A stretch of 64,000 nucleotides of DNA from Candidatus Zipacnadia bacterium (lineage in GTDB: Bacteria; Armatimonadota; Zipacnadia; Zipacnadales; UBA5352), in the NCBI GenBank assembly GCA_029820295.1, contig JALGVA010000001.1, positions 51,476-115,475 on the forward strand, in the 5' to 3' direction. The notes beneath the pieces are model-generated. The model searched no databases and had not been told where the DNA came from. It was given only the letters and a program-made list of their open reading frames with translations. Made by a program: the position numbers and the translations under genes. This document shows positions 1 through 9,392 of this stretch, piece after piece. Numbering within the stretch: position 1 is the first letter of the stretch; the number at the start of each line of letters is the position of its first letter.

Positions 1-1
1 G

Positions 2-172
2 CGCGACTGCATCATGCACACCAGGCCCGGCACCACCGACTGCGTCATGTGCGGGGAATGCGTCGAGGGCTGCCCGCGCGGGATACTCAGGCTGCGGGCG
101 CGCTACGCCGCCGATCCGCCGACGGACGATGGAAACGAGGCGCCACGCGCAGCGCGTCGTGGCGCCTCGTAG
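2..172 (+). CDS. 4Fe-4S ferredoxin-type iron-sulfur domain protein, C-terminal fragment (5' end outside window)
   Basis: Open frame from window edge to TAG at 170-172; classic cluster-binding motif C-x2-C-x2-C-x3-C-P (CVMCGECVEGCP) preceded by a second Cys pair (DCIMH...TDC). Not in ORF track because no start codon lies inside the window. Confidence 0.5.
   Translation, partial: RDCIMHTRPGTTDCVMCGECVEGCPRGILRLRARYAADPPTDDGNEAPRAARRGAS
137..168 (+). terminator. GC-rich hairpin at the 3' end of the ferredoxin-like CDS (possible intrinsic terminator or structured element)
   Basis: Inverted repeat gaggcgccacgcgc / gcgcgtcgtggcgcctc (about 14 bp stem with one bulge, 3-nt loop) ending 2 nt before the stop codon; no downstream T-tract, so terminator role uncertain. 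Confidence 0.25.
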
Positions 173-206
173 CTGACGTGCGCGGACACGCAAGCGTTGG
201 TGCCGG

Positions 207-836
207 CTAACCGTGTTCCGACCCTCTGCTCGCGGTCTCGGCCGCATGGCCGCCGGCGGCCCCCGCCGCGCCGTCGGCGGTGTGTGCGCCCCCCTCGACC
301 TCCGGCGGTCCGTCCGACGGTGCCTGCGGGGCCGCAGTCACGCCGGCCAGAGCCAGCTTCGCCTCGACCAGCTCCGCCACCTCATCCCAGCTCCAGCCGC
401 CGATCTCCGTCGGCGCTGTGAACGCCACCTCGCCGGGCTCGAAGTCGCCCTGCTCGGTACGACCGCTGACCGCCACTGCCACCAGGCAGTCCAGGCTCAG
501 CTCCTCCGCGCGCGCTTCCGTTCCTTCGGCGTGCCAGGGGAGCAGTCGAAGGCATACGTACGGCGCGTAGCGGTCGGCGAGCTTGCGGGCGTCGGGCTCA
601 ATGTAGGCGTGGCAGGGGTTGTCGATCTCGTAGAACACCTCAAGGCGCACGGGTGCATCGCTGGGGCCGATCGGCGGCACCGGCTCCACCGGCTCGGCCG
701 GCTCCAGCACGATACGGCCCGGCGGCGGCGGTGGGACATCTGACACCGCCTCGTCCCCGCGCGGGAGGCTGATGTAGTTGACCGCCGCGGCCCCGGCCAG
801 CAGCACGAGGATGATCCCGACTCGAGCGTATCTCAT
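207..836 (-). CDS. hypothetical membrane-anchored protein
   Basis: ORF track; ATG at 836 lies 5 nt downstream of the stop (842-844) of the DUF1559 gene, suggesting co-transcription; N-terminal hydrophobic segment GIILVLLAGAAAV, Pro-rich linker, Gly/Ala-rich C-terminal tail; no recognisable catalytic motif. Confidence 0.5.
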   Translation of the reverse strand: MRYARVGIILVLLAGAAAVNYISLPRGDEAVSDVPPPPPGRIVLEPAEPVEPVPPIGPSDAPVRLEVFYEIDNPCHAYIEPDARKLADRYAPYVCLRLLPWHAEGTEARAEELSLDCLVAVAVSGRTEQGDFEPGEVAFTAPTEIGGWSWDEVAELVEAKLALAGVTAAPQAPSDGPPEVEGGAHTADGAAGAAGGHAAETASRGSEHG

Positions 837-841
837 GGCGC

Positions 842-1489
842 CTACTTGAAGTCGAGCACGGCCTGTCTCGGGAAGAACTTGGCATGGCCATCCACGTAGA
901 GCACGTTAAGGGCGCCGGCGTCGCCGCCGTGCACGCTGTGGCCCACCGCCCGCACGATCGGCTTGCAGAACCAGTCGGAGGCCAGCCACTGGTTGGATTC
1001 GGCCTGCACGGTCATGATGCGCGTGGTGTCGCCGAACCCGGCGCGCTGAGCGTAGAAGAACCGGTCGATCCAGCCCATGTGGTCGGGCGGCCCGGCCGGA
1101 GGTGCGGTCGAGGGCAGTTGATCGAACGAGTAGTAGTGGTAGGAGATGTTGCCGGCGGCCAGGTTGGCCGGCGTCTCGATGATGTGGGACACGCCCATCG
1201 AGCAGGCCGACGGGCAGTAGAGGATCTGGCGGTTCTGCATGTAGGGCATGAGCTGGGTGACCAGCCGCAGGTGCGGGTTGCCGATGTGGTCGTCGCACGG
1301 GAAGAAGCCGTCGTAGTCCTGTGCGTACATCATGCTGGCCAGGCCGATCTGCCTGAGGTTGGACAGGCAGGAGGCCTTCCGCGCGCTCTCACGCGCTCTC
1401 GCGAAGACCGGGAACAGGATCGCCGCCAGGATCGCGATGATCGCGATCACGACCAGCAGCTCAATGAGCGTGAACCCGCGTCTCATCAT
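842..1489 (-). CDS. prepilin-type N-terminal cleavage/methylation domain protein, DUF1559 (H-X9-DG) family, paralogue 1
   Basis: N-terminus [34 protein letters not shown] (type IV pilin-like G-F-T-L-I-E leader motif); C-terminal [16 protein letters not shown] resembling the H-x9-DG signature; GGAGGT RBS just upstream of ATG at 1489. The ORF-track start at 1603 is an Arg-rich upstream extension. Confidence 0.85.
   Translation of the reverse strand: MMRRGFTLIELLVVIAIIAILAAILFPVFARARESARKASCLSNLRQIGLASMMYAQDYDGFFPCDDHIGNPHLRLVTQLMPYMQNRQILYCPSACSMGVSHIIETPANLAAGNISYHYYSFDQLPSTAPPAGPPDHMGWIDRFFYAQRAGFGDTTRIMTVQAESNQWLASDWFCKPIVRAVGHSVHGGDAGALNVLYVDGHAKFFPRQAVLDFK
1393..1465. repeat. 73-bp direct repeat copy A (encodes the conserved prepilin N-terminal helix)
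   Basis: Plus-strand text gcgctctcgcgaagaccgggaacaggatcgccgccaggatcgcgatgatcgcgatcacgaccagcagctcaat is identical, as read, to the block at 2217-2289. Confidence 0.8.
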
Positions 1490-1659
1490 CGTACCTCCGC
1501 CGAGTGTGATGGCACCGCGGATGTCACAACCCACCTGCCATCGCTCTCGAGACGGGCGCCTGCCTGCCCGCGCTCGGGATAGCCGTCTCGTCGCGGCACA
1601 CATCGCCCCCCGGCACGGACGTAGGTCCCCGGGATCACGTCACCCCTGTCTGTGCGCGA

Positions 1660-2313
1660 TCACCCGTCCGGGTTCATTGCCCCGGCTCGATAGGCGGCGT
1701 AGATCGCGTTGCCCGCCAGCCACTTCGCGTGACCGTCAATCATCCCGATGTTGCAGCCCTCGTTGTGCGGCACCAGCCACTTGTGCGTGTCGCGCACCAT
1801 CAGCCCGCACGACCACTGACCACAGCGGGTGGAGGTCAGGATCGCGCGGATGTCGCCGAGGGCCGGGTGGTTGGAGTCGAAGATCATGAACTTCTCCGCC
1901 GGCGAGGTCACCGCCGCGAGCAGGAAGCCCGATGAGGTGCGCCACAGCTCATTCGTTACGCCGTAGCAGGGCCGCTGCGGGTAGCTTACCGCGTGGTAGG
2001 TCATCGGCCCCCGGTACGGGTTGCTGGGGCAGACGTACACCTGCCAGTTCTTGATATACGGCTGGAACTGGTGGGGCCAGAAGACCCACGGGTCCACAGT
2101 GTAGCTGCCCTGGGCGTAGTAGGGGAAGCGCTCGTCGTAGTCCTGCACGTACATCAGCGCCCCGAGGGTGATCTGCTTGACGTTGTTGAGGCACGAAGTC
2201 TGGCGCGCCTTCTCGCGCGCTCTCGCGAAGACCGGGAACAGGATCGCCGCCAGGATCGCGATGATCGCGATCACGACCAGCAGCTCAATCAGGGTGAATC
2301 CACGACGTTTCAT
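1660..2313 (-). CDS. prepilin-type N-terminal cleavage/methylation domain protein, DUF1559 (H-X9-DG) family, paralogue 2
   Basis: [41 protein letters not shown]...; C-terminal [13 protein letters not shown] (H-x9-DG); GGAGGG RBS upstream of ATG at 2313. Confidence 0.85.
   Translation of the reverse strand: MKRRGFTLIELLVVIAIIAILAAILFPVFARAREKARQTSCLNNVKQITLGALMYVQDYDERFPYYAQGSYTVDPWVFWPHQFQPYIKNWQVYVCPSNPYRGPMTYHAVSYPQRPCYGVTNELWRTSSGFLLAAVTSPAEKFMIFDSNHPALGDIRAILTSTRCGQWSCGLMVRDTHKWLVPHNEGCNIGMIDGHAKWLAGNAIYAAYRAGAMNPDG
2217..2289. repeat. 73-bp direct repeat copy B (identical to 1393-1465)
   Basis: Same 73-nt string inside paralogue 2; perfect identity at DNA level although the flanking codons differ. 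Confidence 0.8.
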
Positions 2314-2741
2314 CTGATTCCCTCCTCACGGCGTACGCGGCGGCATTGGTACGGGCCACGACACTCGATGGGCCTCAGATAGACACCCCCTACATTTGCT
2401 CTTCTCTGTGTGTGCGGGCACACCTCCCTGGGCAGCACAGAAAGTTCATTCCGCCTGCGCCATGCCATCGACGCAGCTCCTCGTCGGCGCCGGTGCAGGC
2501 TTCCGCCTCCGTCGGCCTGCGGCGGTGAGAGAAGCACTCCGGCATGCTGAGCCCGTGGCGTCGCTGCAGATCAACGGCACGCCAATGGCCGGGGTGGAGC
2601 TGCTCAACGGCGAAGGGACCCTCGCCCTGCCGGCACCGATCCCGTCGCTGCGCCCGCTGCTGCGGGTGCACCAACGGTAGAGCGCCCCACCCGCACCGCG
2701 ATGGGACGCCCTGTGTGCCTCACGCACGCGACCTTGCGGGA

Positions 2742-3392
2742 TCAGTCCAGCTTGTAGCCGTAGTCGTTGAAGCCGTCAACGATCACGTTCTCGGAATACC
2801 ACTTGGAGTGGCCGTCCTGGAAGTTGACGTTCTGGCCGCCGTTGTGCAGATAGTGGCCGTAGGTGTTCATCCAGGGCCAGTAGCAGTAGCGTCCTCGGGA
2901 CAGCTCGCTCATCAGCGCGACGCGCGAGGGATCGTACTGGTGCGTCAGCGAGTAGAACGGCGGGATGCTGCCTGAGGGCTCGTACTGGGACTGGGAGTAA
3001 CGCACGAAGACGTACCAGTTCCAGCCGTAGTCGCAGGTAACGGTCACGCCGTTGTGCCAGTCGGCGGTGTTGTGGGGCTTCGAGCTGGGGCACAGGACGA
3101 TCTGGGTGTTCTTCATGTAGGGCAGAAGCAGGCTCCATGTCGTCGGTCCGTTGTGAGAGATGCCATCGTCGTAGCCCGCGATCGGGATGTCCCAGTACAT
3201 GGGGAACTCGTCATCGTAATCGGTCGCGTACATGTTGGCTGCGAGGCCGAGCTGCTTCAGGTTGGACAGACAGCTCGTCTGGCGCGCCTTCTCCCGCGCC
3301 CGGGCGAAGACCGGGAACAGAATCGCGGCCAAGATGGCGATGATCGCGATCACGACCAGAAGCTCGATCAACGTGAATCCTCGTCGCTGCAT
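2742..3392 (-). CDS. prepilin-type N-terminal cleavage/methylation domain protein, DUF1559 (H-X9-DG) family, paralogue 3
   Basis: [41 protein letters not shown]...; C-terminal [13 protein letters not shown] (H-x9-DG); GAGGAGAGG RBS upstream of ATG at 3392. Confidence 0.85.
   Translation of the reverse strand: MQRRGFTLIELLVVIAIIAILAAILFPVFARAREKARQTSCLSNLKQLGLAANMYATDYDDEFPMYWDIPIAGYDDGISHNGPTTWSLLLPYMKNTQIVLCPSSKPHNTADWHNGVTVTCDYGWNWYVFVRYSQSQYEPSGSIPPFYSLTHQYDPSRVALMSELSRGRYCYWPWMNTYGHYLHNGGQNVNFQDGHSKWYSENVIVDGFNDYGYKLD
3305..3370. repeat. diverged third copy of the prepilin N-terminal-coding repeat
   Basis: gcgaagaccgggaacagaatcgcggccaagatggcgatgatcgcgatcacgaccagaagctcgatca: same block with about 8 substitutions. 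Confidence 0.6.
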
Positions 3393-3432
3393 GCCGTATT
3401 CCTCTCCTCGGATGTGGTCCTACCGTGCTGCA

Positions 3433-3461
3433 ATGGTACAACGCTGGGGGGACGGCGTCAA
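3433..3461 (-). promoter_or_regulatory. candidate sigma70-like promoter for DUF1559 paralogue 3
   Basis: On the minus strand: TTGACG - 17 nt - TACCAT, about 40 nt upstream of the RBS/ATG at 3392. The -10 match is only 4/6, so this is weak. Confidence 0.25.
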
Positions 3462-3786
3462 GTACGCCTGCCGGAATGATCAGGTGAAGTGAGCAGGCTA
3501 TTCATGCACAGAGATGGCCCTCATCATGCGGGGAGCCGAGAAGATGGTGATATGGTTCCCCGGGGACGATCGCGATGCCGGGAGGCGGTGCGGGGGGATT
3601 CACGTGCGCGCGGGTGACAGATGAGCCCCGCCGCCCAGTACCACGCAGCAACCAATGGCACCCATGGGGCAGGTCACCCACGACTCCCGCCGGCAGGTCT
3701 TCGATACCGACGGGAACGTGGTGGTGAACCGCGAGGACGTCAATGCGCACGGGAAGCCCGTGCGCACCGGTCACGAGAACTCCGGC

Positions 3787-3816
3787 TTGACAGGACCGCG
3801 ATGTCTGCTCTATAGT
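3787..3816 (+). promoter_or_regulatory. near-consensus sigma70-type promoter (TTGACA-N18-TATAGT) with no annotated downstream gene
   Basis: ttgaca ggaccgcgatgtctgctc tatagt read directly in a 660-bp intergenic region. It faces the 3' end of the convergent heparinase-like gene; no convincing plus-strand ORF follows. Confidence 0.35.
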
Positions 3817-4054
3817 CACCGACCGCAATGCCCCGAAAGCCTGACCGACCACGACTTGGGGCCACTGGTGTGCTGCTGGGTCACCCCCTCTCAGCGGCGC
3901 CCGGCGGCCCCTGATTCATTGCCGGCGGGCCCTCGATCTTCGCCACCGCCACCGTGCCCGGCCGGCCCTTCCATCGGGAAAGCCACTCGCGCTTGATCCC
4001 GGCCGGCGGCGGGTGTTCGGCGGCCTCATGCGGCGCAGTCACACAGCGCCGGCG

Positions 4055-7000
4055 CTACCCTTCCCACGTGACGGTGAGCGGAATGCGCCACATCTCGCCG
4101 CCGCGCGCCACGAAGCCGGCGCCGTCGAGCTTGGTCAGCACCCGGGTCTCACCGTCGGCGCGGGTCACGCCGCGGATCGGGTAGCCGCGCATCGTGTCGC
4201 CATCGGTGACGAACAGCGTGCTCTCGATGAGGGCGTCATCCGCGGGCAGCTCGCGGTCGATGACGAACCACGAGTCATCGCGCCCGCCGCCGACCGCCAC
4301 GATCTCCCCTTCCAGGGCGCTCTCAGGCGCCGACAGGTCGCAGGCGCCCAGGCGCAGATGCGTGCCCTCGGCCATCATCGCCGCGACCGGGCGGTCGCCG
4401 GCAAGCTGCACGACCGCCAGCCGGGCGTCAGTGGTCAGCTCACCCGCCGGCGTCGCGACGCTGATCCCGGCCGCGTCGAGCATGCTCACGATGATGTCGA
4501 GGCCATCGGGCGTCTGCACCGCCAGGGCAACGGCGCCCTCAGGCGCATCGTCCGACAGTGGCAGCCTCTCGACCGCGGTGGCCGCGGTCATGCCTTCCGG
4601 GGCGCCGGCGAAGACGGCCGTGAAGACATCGAGCGCATCGCCATTGCGCCGGCGGATGACGTAGGGCAGCGTGGCGCCGACGTCGGAGTTGCGGTGATCG
4701 CGCTGGCCCCAGCCGTCGCCGATGAGCACGCGCTCGCCGGGTGCGCCGGGGAAGAGCGCGTCGAGGCGGTAGCCGTCCTCCCAGGTCCACGCCATCCGCC
4801 ACGGCGCGCCGCCGTCGCCCTCCTCAGCGTCGGTCAGGCGTTGATCCGGCGGGTCGATGGTGAAGCTGCCCTCATAGACGACCCACTCGTCGCTGGGGGC
4901 GGGCACGGCGTCGAGCGTCACCGGCGCGTGCATGCGGTCATCGGCGGAGGTGGGGTCGGCGGGCCACGAGACCGTGCCCACGTTCACCGCGCCGACCGTG
5001 CCCCTGAGCGCGAAACGCACGCGGTAGGCCTGCCCGCGCCGGCCCGGCAGGGCGTTCGGCCCGGTGTAGCCGTTGGAGTCCCCGCAGATCAGCGCCACGT
5101 TCACACGCCCGTTCTCGTCCTCTTCCGTCGCCTCGATGCGGGCGCTGAAGGCGTCATCGCGGCCGGACGCCGTGCCCCAGACCGCGCGGCCGTTACCGAC
5201 GTACAGGCCCCAGTCAGACGGTAGCTCTGCGCCCTCAGCCACGGTGGCGCCCGGGTTGGGCACGATGTTCTCGCCCTCATTGCCCTCGGCATCGACCGGG
5301 CGGATCTCGACGTCATCCACCATCAGCTCGCCCACCTCGGCGACGTGGAAGCGCAGGGCGAAGCGCATCTGCCCGGGCGCCTCCTCGACCACCTCGGCGG
5401 GCGCGAGCCCGCTCAGCTCGTAGTCCGAGTGCGGCCCGTGGAAGACATACTCGCGCACGCGCCCGCCCTGCACGCGGAAGATGTCCGCGAGGTAGGGCCG
5501 ACCGTCGGGGCGCTGGACCTGCACGCAGGTACGCCGGTAGATGTCGCTCTCGGCGTAGGCGTTGGAGGACGCCTCCATCGCCCTGACGCGCGGGGTCGCC
5601 GCGAACAGGTGGAAGCTGCCGCCGCGCTCCCCGGAGCGCTGGTCCTTCTCGTTGACCATGACCGTGTTGTGCGCCCAGGTGCGCCGGGTCTGGTAGCTGT
5701 CGGGGTGGTCCCACAGGTAGCCAAGGTCGCTGAGCAGCTCGCGCCCGTCCTGCCAGTAGTAGAGGTCGAGGCTGTCGAGGTGATGGTGGCCGCCCCAGTG
5801 GCTGGCGTTGAGCATGACTGTGCTGTCGCGGCCGGTCTCGCCGCTGCGCAGGTAGCCCTGCGCGAGGTACGGGAAGACCACGTCGGGGAGCGTGAAGGCC
5901 GGCGCCTCGATCTGCTGCAGGTTCGGGTCGCGGTAGAAGATCGCGGCGTCGCGCGCCCCGGGGACGTCCTCGCCGCCCGCCAGCTCTTTGAGCAGCGCGA
6001 TGTGCTGCGGCGTCGGGTAGGCGAGCGCGATCAGCTCCCCGTAGTAGCCCGAGATGCCGGTGGTGCGGTAGGAGTCGGCGTCGGGTGTATGCCGCAGGTT
6101 GCCCTGCAGGGTCCAGATCAGGGCCTGCCAGCAGTCGCCGTAGAGAGTGTCGCGCGCGGCGTTGAAGTGGTCGATACGCCCGCCGTCGGGAGCCAGGTAG
6201 CCTTCGGGGTCGGAGTAGTCGCGGAAGGCCAGCGGGAAGCGGCGGATGTTACCCATGGTCATCATGGCGTAGGCGGGCGACTCCGAGGTGCCGCCATCGG
6301 GTAGGAACCACTCGTCCACCGTCCGGCGGAAGCCGTCGATGCCGAAGCGCACCAGCCCCGGGTGGCCCACGCACAGCCCGACCAGGGCGGCGGCCGTGCG
6401 GCCGCCCACCGACTTGTTGTTGATCGACCGGTCGCAGGCGAGCAGGTAGCTGCCCTCGAGCAGCACGTCGCGCTCGATGCGCAGGCGCTGATCATCGGTG
6501 TAGACCGGCACACCGTCGCGCCGCGCCAGGCAGGTCAGGTCGTAGGCCTCGGTCAGACTGCTCACCGGCCCGCCGTCCTGGCCGTTGGTGCCGAAGCGGC
6601 TCGCCGCCCAGTAGCCGGCGTAGATCCTCCGGTCGGGCTCGTTGGGCGGGTAGACCATCTCGTCTTCGGGCAGGTCGTTGATGCGCCTGGCCGCGACGTG
6701 CGGGTCCATGCCCGCGTACTCGCCGTAGCCGTAGCCCGCGCGCACCAGGTACTCGGGCACGACCTCGGCGAAGCGCAGCAGAATGTCGCGCGCCCCCTCG
6801 GCGTAGCGTGGGTCCTGAGTCAACGCATAGGCCAGCGCGATGGTGCGCACGCCACTGATCATGTAGCCGACCTTGGCGCGGCGGATCATGCCGGTGAAGC
6901 TGGGGCGCTCGTAGCGGTAGCCGAAGGTGCGGAAGGTGTCGCCGCCGTAGAAGCTGATGGTCTGCCCGCGCCCCCAGTCGGTGGTCAGCTCCACACTCTC

Positions 7001-7465
7001 CGGGTACTCGTCGTTGGGGAAGACGGTGCCGCACACCCGGCAGCGGATCTCTTCGGGCCGCTGCGGCGTCCAGGTGAACTGCCCGTTGGGGTGCCAGGGC
7101 AGGCCCTGCGCGCGGCAGGCCGGGCACGGTCCGATGCCCCCGGGCGTGGTCCACGGCACCATCTGCTCGAGGTACTCCGGGCTCAGCGGTTCGATGCGCG
7201 CGTCGGCGGCGGCGATCACCGAGTCCGCATACTCGCGCGCCCACTCGAAGCGCTCGATGTTCTGCCGCGCGCGCTCGAGGTCGGCCGGGGTGATGGTGGT
7301 GCACGGATGGTTGTCGGTGTTGCGGTACCTCTCCCAGTCCGACCAGTCGGTCGGGTCAGGCTCCTGAGCACTCACGGCAATCACCGCCAGCAGCAGGATC
7401 GATGGGATCAGTGCAGGCATGAGCAGCGCCTGCCGGCGTCGCGCCATGGCCATCAGCTCCCTCAT
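4055..7465 (-). CDS. secreted heparinase II/III-like protein (polysaccharide lyase-like, alpha/alpha toroid + beta-sandwich)
   Basis: Signal peptide MAMARRRQALLMPALIPSILLLAVIAVSA|QEP. The motif HNTVMVNEKDQ resembles the Hepar_II_III C-terminal domain signature. Start placed at an internal Met (7465, alternatives 7453/7447) because the ORF-track start 7633 precedes the signal peptide and would overlap the divergent gene. Contains an unusual Cys4 insert (see findings). Confidence 0.5.
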   Translation of the reverse strand: MRELMAMARRRQALLMPALIPSILLLAVIAVSAQEPDPTDWSDWERYRNTDNHPCTTITPADLERARQNIERFEWAREYADSVIAAADARIEPLSPEYLEQMVPWTTPGGIGPCPACRAQGLPWHPNGQFTWTPQRPEEIRCRVCGTVFPNDEYPESVELTTDWGRGQTISFYGGDTFRTFGYRYERPSFTGMIRRAKVGYMISGVRTIALAYALTQDPRYAEGARDILLRFAEVVPEYLVRAGYGYGEYAGMDPHVAARRINDLPEDEMVYPPNEPDRRIYAGYWAASRFGTNGQDGGPVSSLTEAYDLTCLARRDGVPVYTDDQRLRIERDVLLEGSYLLACDRSINNKSVGGRTAAALVGLCVGHPGLVRFGIDGFRRTVDEWFLPDGGTSESPAYAMMTMGNIRRFPLAFRDYSDPEGYLAPDGGRIDHFNAARDTLYGDCWQALIWTLQGNLRHTPDADSYRTTGISGYYGELIALAYPTPQHIALLKELAGGEDVPGARDAAIFYRDPNLQQIEAPAFTLPDVVFPYLAQGYLRSGETGRDSTVMLNASHWGGHHHLDSLDLYYWQDGRELLSDLGYLWDHPDSYQTRRTWAHNTVMVNEKDQRSGERGGSFHLFAATPRVRAMEASSNAYAESDIYRRTCVQVQRPDGRPYLADIFRVQGGRVREYVFHGPHSDYELSGLAPAEVVEEAPGQMRFALRFHVAEVGELMVDDVEIRPVDAEGNEGENIVPNPGATVAEGAELPSDWGLYVGNGRAVWGTASGRDDAFSARIEATEEDENGRVNVALICGDSNGYTGPNALPGRRGQAYRVRFALRGTVGAVNVGTVSWPADPTSADDRMHAPVTLDAVPAPSDEWVVYEGSFTIDPPDQRLTDAEEGDGGAPWRMAWTWEDGYRLDALFPGAPGERVLIGDGWGQRDHRNSDVGATLPYVIRRRNGDALDVFTAVFAGAPEGMTAATAVERLPLSDDAPEGAVALAVQTPDGLDIIVSMLDAAGISVATPAGELTTDARLAVVQLAGDRPVAAMMAEGTHLRLGACDLSAPESALEGEIVAVGGGRDDSWFVIDRELPADDALIESTLFVTDGDTMRGYPIRGVTRADGETRVLTKLDGAGFVARGGEMWRIPLTVTWEG

Positions 7466-7619
7466 CGGGATTGCGCGTCGCGTACAGCAGTGCTCCGCCC
7501 GACGGTGTTCACGCAACGGGCCGCGTCTACCTCCCGGCGCGGTGCAGGGGCGCCGACACGCCGGGACGAATCTGCCGCTCGCAGGTGCATCGACCCGACC
7601 GCGAAGAGCAGGTGGTACC

Positions 7620-9389
7620 GTGTCCGCAGGCAATCGCAGCGTGCTGGTGGTCCTGGACAGCCGGGAGCAAGCGGCGCGTCGCTCCTCCGATCACACCGTC
7701 TTCGCCGCGCTCGATCACTTCGGCGTGGCGTGGGAGGTGCTCGACGGCGGCGACTACATGGGCGCCATCCCGGCTTACGTCGCCCCGCGGGCGCTCTACG
7801 TGATCGCCCACGACGGCGCGGCCGCGTGGCTCAAGCCCGAGACCGCCCGCCAGATCGCCGACGCCGTTGCGGATGGCGCCGGGCTGGTGAGCTTCGACCG
7901 TCGTGCGCGGGAGTGGCCGCAGGCGCTGCGCGCGCTGCTGCCCGCCGAGCTGACCGAGACGCGCACCGGCGGCCTGCGCTTCGCGGAAGCCCTCCCGGGT
8001 GACCACCCCGAGAGCTTCATCACCTTCGGCCACGCGCCCGGGGAGGAGCTGGAGCTGGGCGAGGAGATCGCGGCCGTCCTCCTGCCGCCCGCCGAACGCT
8101 GGCAGCCGTTGCTGACCGACCCGGAGGGCCGCACTGTGATCGCCCGCGCCCCCACGGGGGAGGGGCGCGTCGTGGTCTTCGGCACCGGCGAGCAACTCTA
8201 CGCGGAGGGTATCTACGGCCACCTGCGCGGGATCGACGGGCTCATGTGGCGGTCGCTGGTGTGGGCGGCGGCCAAGCCCTTCCCCATGCGCTGCGTGCCG
8301 CCGTACGTGACCGCGCGCATGGATGACTGCAACGGGACCTACGGCGCTTTCGGCTACGTCGAGGTCATGAACCGCTTCGGCATCAGCCCAAACCTGGGGC
8401 TGTTCATCGACGAGATGGGCCCGAGCGACTGGGCGGCGGCGAGGCGCCTCTACGACTCCGGTGGCGCCGACTTCTCCATGCACGCCTTCCGCGATGACTT
8501 CTACATGGCGCGCCCGGACTATCGGCCCTGGGCGGTCTCTCCGGACAAGCCCGACCTGTCTCGCGACGGCACGCAGACGCTCTTCGAGGGGCTGTCGCTC
8601 GACCACGACACCGGCCTGGACCTGCCCGCCGAGACCGTCCGCCGCAACTTCGCGCGCATGGACGAGGCCTTCGCCCGCGCGGGCCTTCGCCACAGCCGCG
8701 TGCTCAACGCCCACTTCGGCGAGGTCGGCTGGCGCGCTGTGCCGCTCTTCCTCGAGAGGGGCGTGGACCTGCCCTGCAACAACTCCGTGCTCGGCCAGCT
8801 CTACAGCAACCAGCCGGTCTGGCGCCCCCGCCCCTACGGCATCCGCGGGCGCAACGGCCGCCACGGGCTGATCATCGACCGCTGCCCGCAGCACCCGGGG
8901 ATGACCTTCGTGAGCATGACCGTCTCGCACCTGGGCAGGACGCACATGGCCAGCGACATCCTCAGCGGCCGCGTGCCCTTCCTGGGTGAGGCCGAGACGC
9001 CAAGGCTGGCCGAGGCGACGCAGGCGGGCATCGACAACCTCACGCTCGGGCTGGACTCGCTGGGCTTCGGCCTGCTCATGACGCATGAGGAGCGCATCAA
9101 CGTCATCAGCCCGGAGGACTGGGAGAGCGTGGTCACCGGCGTCGTGCGTGGCCTCGCGGGCTGGGACTTCGAGGGCGCGGGCCGCGAGCAGGTCGGGGTC
9201 ATCTGCAGGCGGTTGCTTTACTCGCGGCTCGTCCGCGCCAACCTGACCGAGCGTGGCCTCGAATGCGAGCTGTGCGGGCAGACCGACGGCCCCTCGCCCC
9301 TGACGGTGTGGGACAACGAGGGTGCCCGCTGCGTTCGCCGGGTGGTCGAAGTCGAGCCCATCACGGGCTTCGCGGCGGTCACCGCGTAA
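7620..9389 (+). CDS. hypothetical cytoplasmic protein (N-terminal class I glutamine amidotransferase-like/ThuA-like region)
   Basis: In-frame GTG at 7620 preceded by AGGTGG (4-nt spacer). The upstream 67 codons of the ORF-track model (start 7419) are Arg-rich and antisense to the neighbouring gene's 5' end. No signal peptide; no specific family recognised. Confidence 0.55.
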   Translation: MSAGNRSVLVVLDSREQAARRSSDHTVFAALDHFGVAWEVLDGGDYMGAIPAYVAPRALYVIAHDGAAAWLKPETARQIADAVADGAGLVSFDRRAREWPQALRALLPAELTETRTGGLRFAEALPGDHPESFITFGHAPGEELELGEEIAAVLLPPAERWQPLLTDPEGRTVIARAPTGEGRVVVFGTGEQLYAEGIYGHLRGIDGLMWRSLVWAAAKPFPMRCVPPYVTARMDDCNGTYGAFGYVEVMNRFGISPNLGLFIDEMGPSDWAAARRLYDSGGADFSMHAFRDDFYMARPDYRPWAVSPDKPDLSRDGTQTLFEGLSLDHDTGLDLPAETVRRNFARMDEAFARAGLRHSRVLNAHFGEVGWRAVPLFLERGVDLPCNNSVLGQLYSNQPVWRPRPYGIRGRNGRHGLIIDRCPQHPGMTFVSMTVSHLGRTHMASDILSGRVPFLGEAETPRLAEATQAGIDNLTLGLDSLGFGLLMTHEERINVISPEDWESVVTGVVRGLAGWDFEGAGREQVGVICRRLLYSRLVRANLTERGLECELCGQTDGPSPLTVWDNEGARCVRRVVEVEPITGFAAVTA

Positions 9390-9392
9390 GGG

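Noticed and set aside
3655-3996. 113-aa plus-strand ORF in the 3393-4054 gap
   Set aside because: Starts upstream of the consensus promoter that would have to drive it; Arg/Pro-rich; no RBS.
7419-7633. Apparent 215-bp divergent overlap of the 5' ends of genes 4055-7633 (-) and 7419-9389 (+)
   Set aside because: Both ORF-track starts are upstream extensions. The minus gene's signal peptide begins at Met 7465/7453. The plus gene has an in-frame GTG at 7620 with an AGGTGG RBS. With these starts there is a normal about 150-bp divergent promoter region.
4013-8002. Long plus-strand ORFs (4013-5224, 5345-6304, 6362-8002) antisense to the heparinase-like gene
   Set aside because: Arg/Ala/Gly/Pro-rich 'shadow' ORFs typical of 70% GC DNA; no RBS; entirely contained in a better-supported gene on the other strand.
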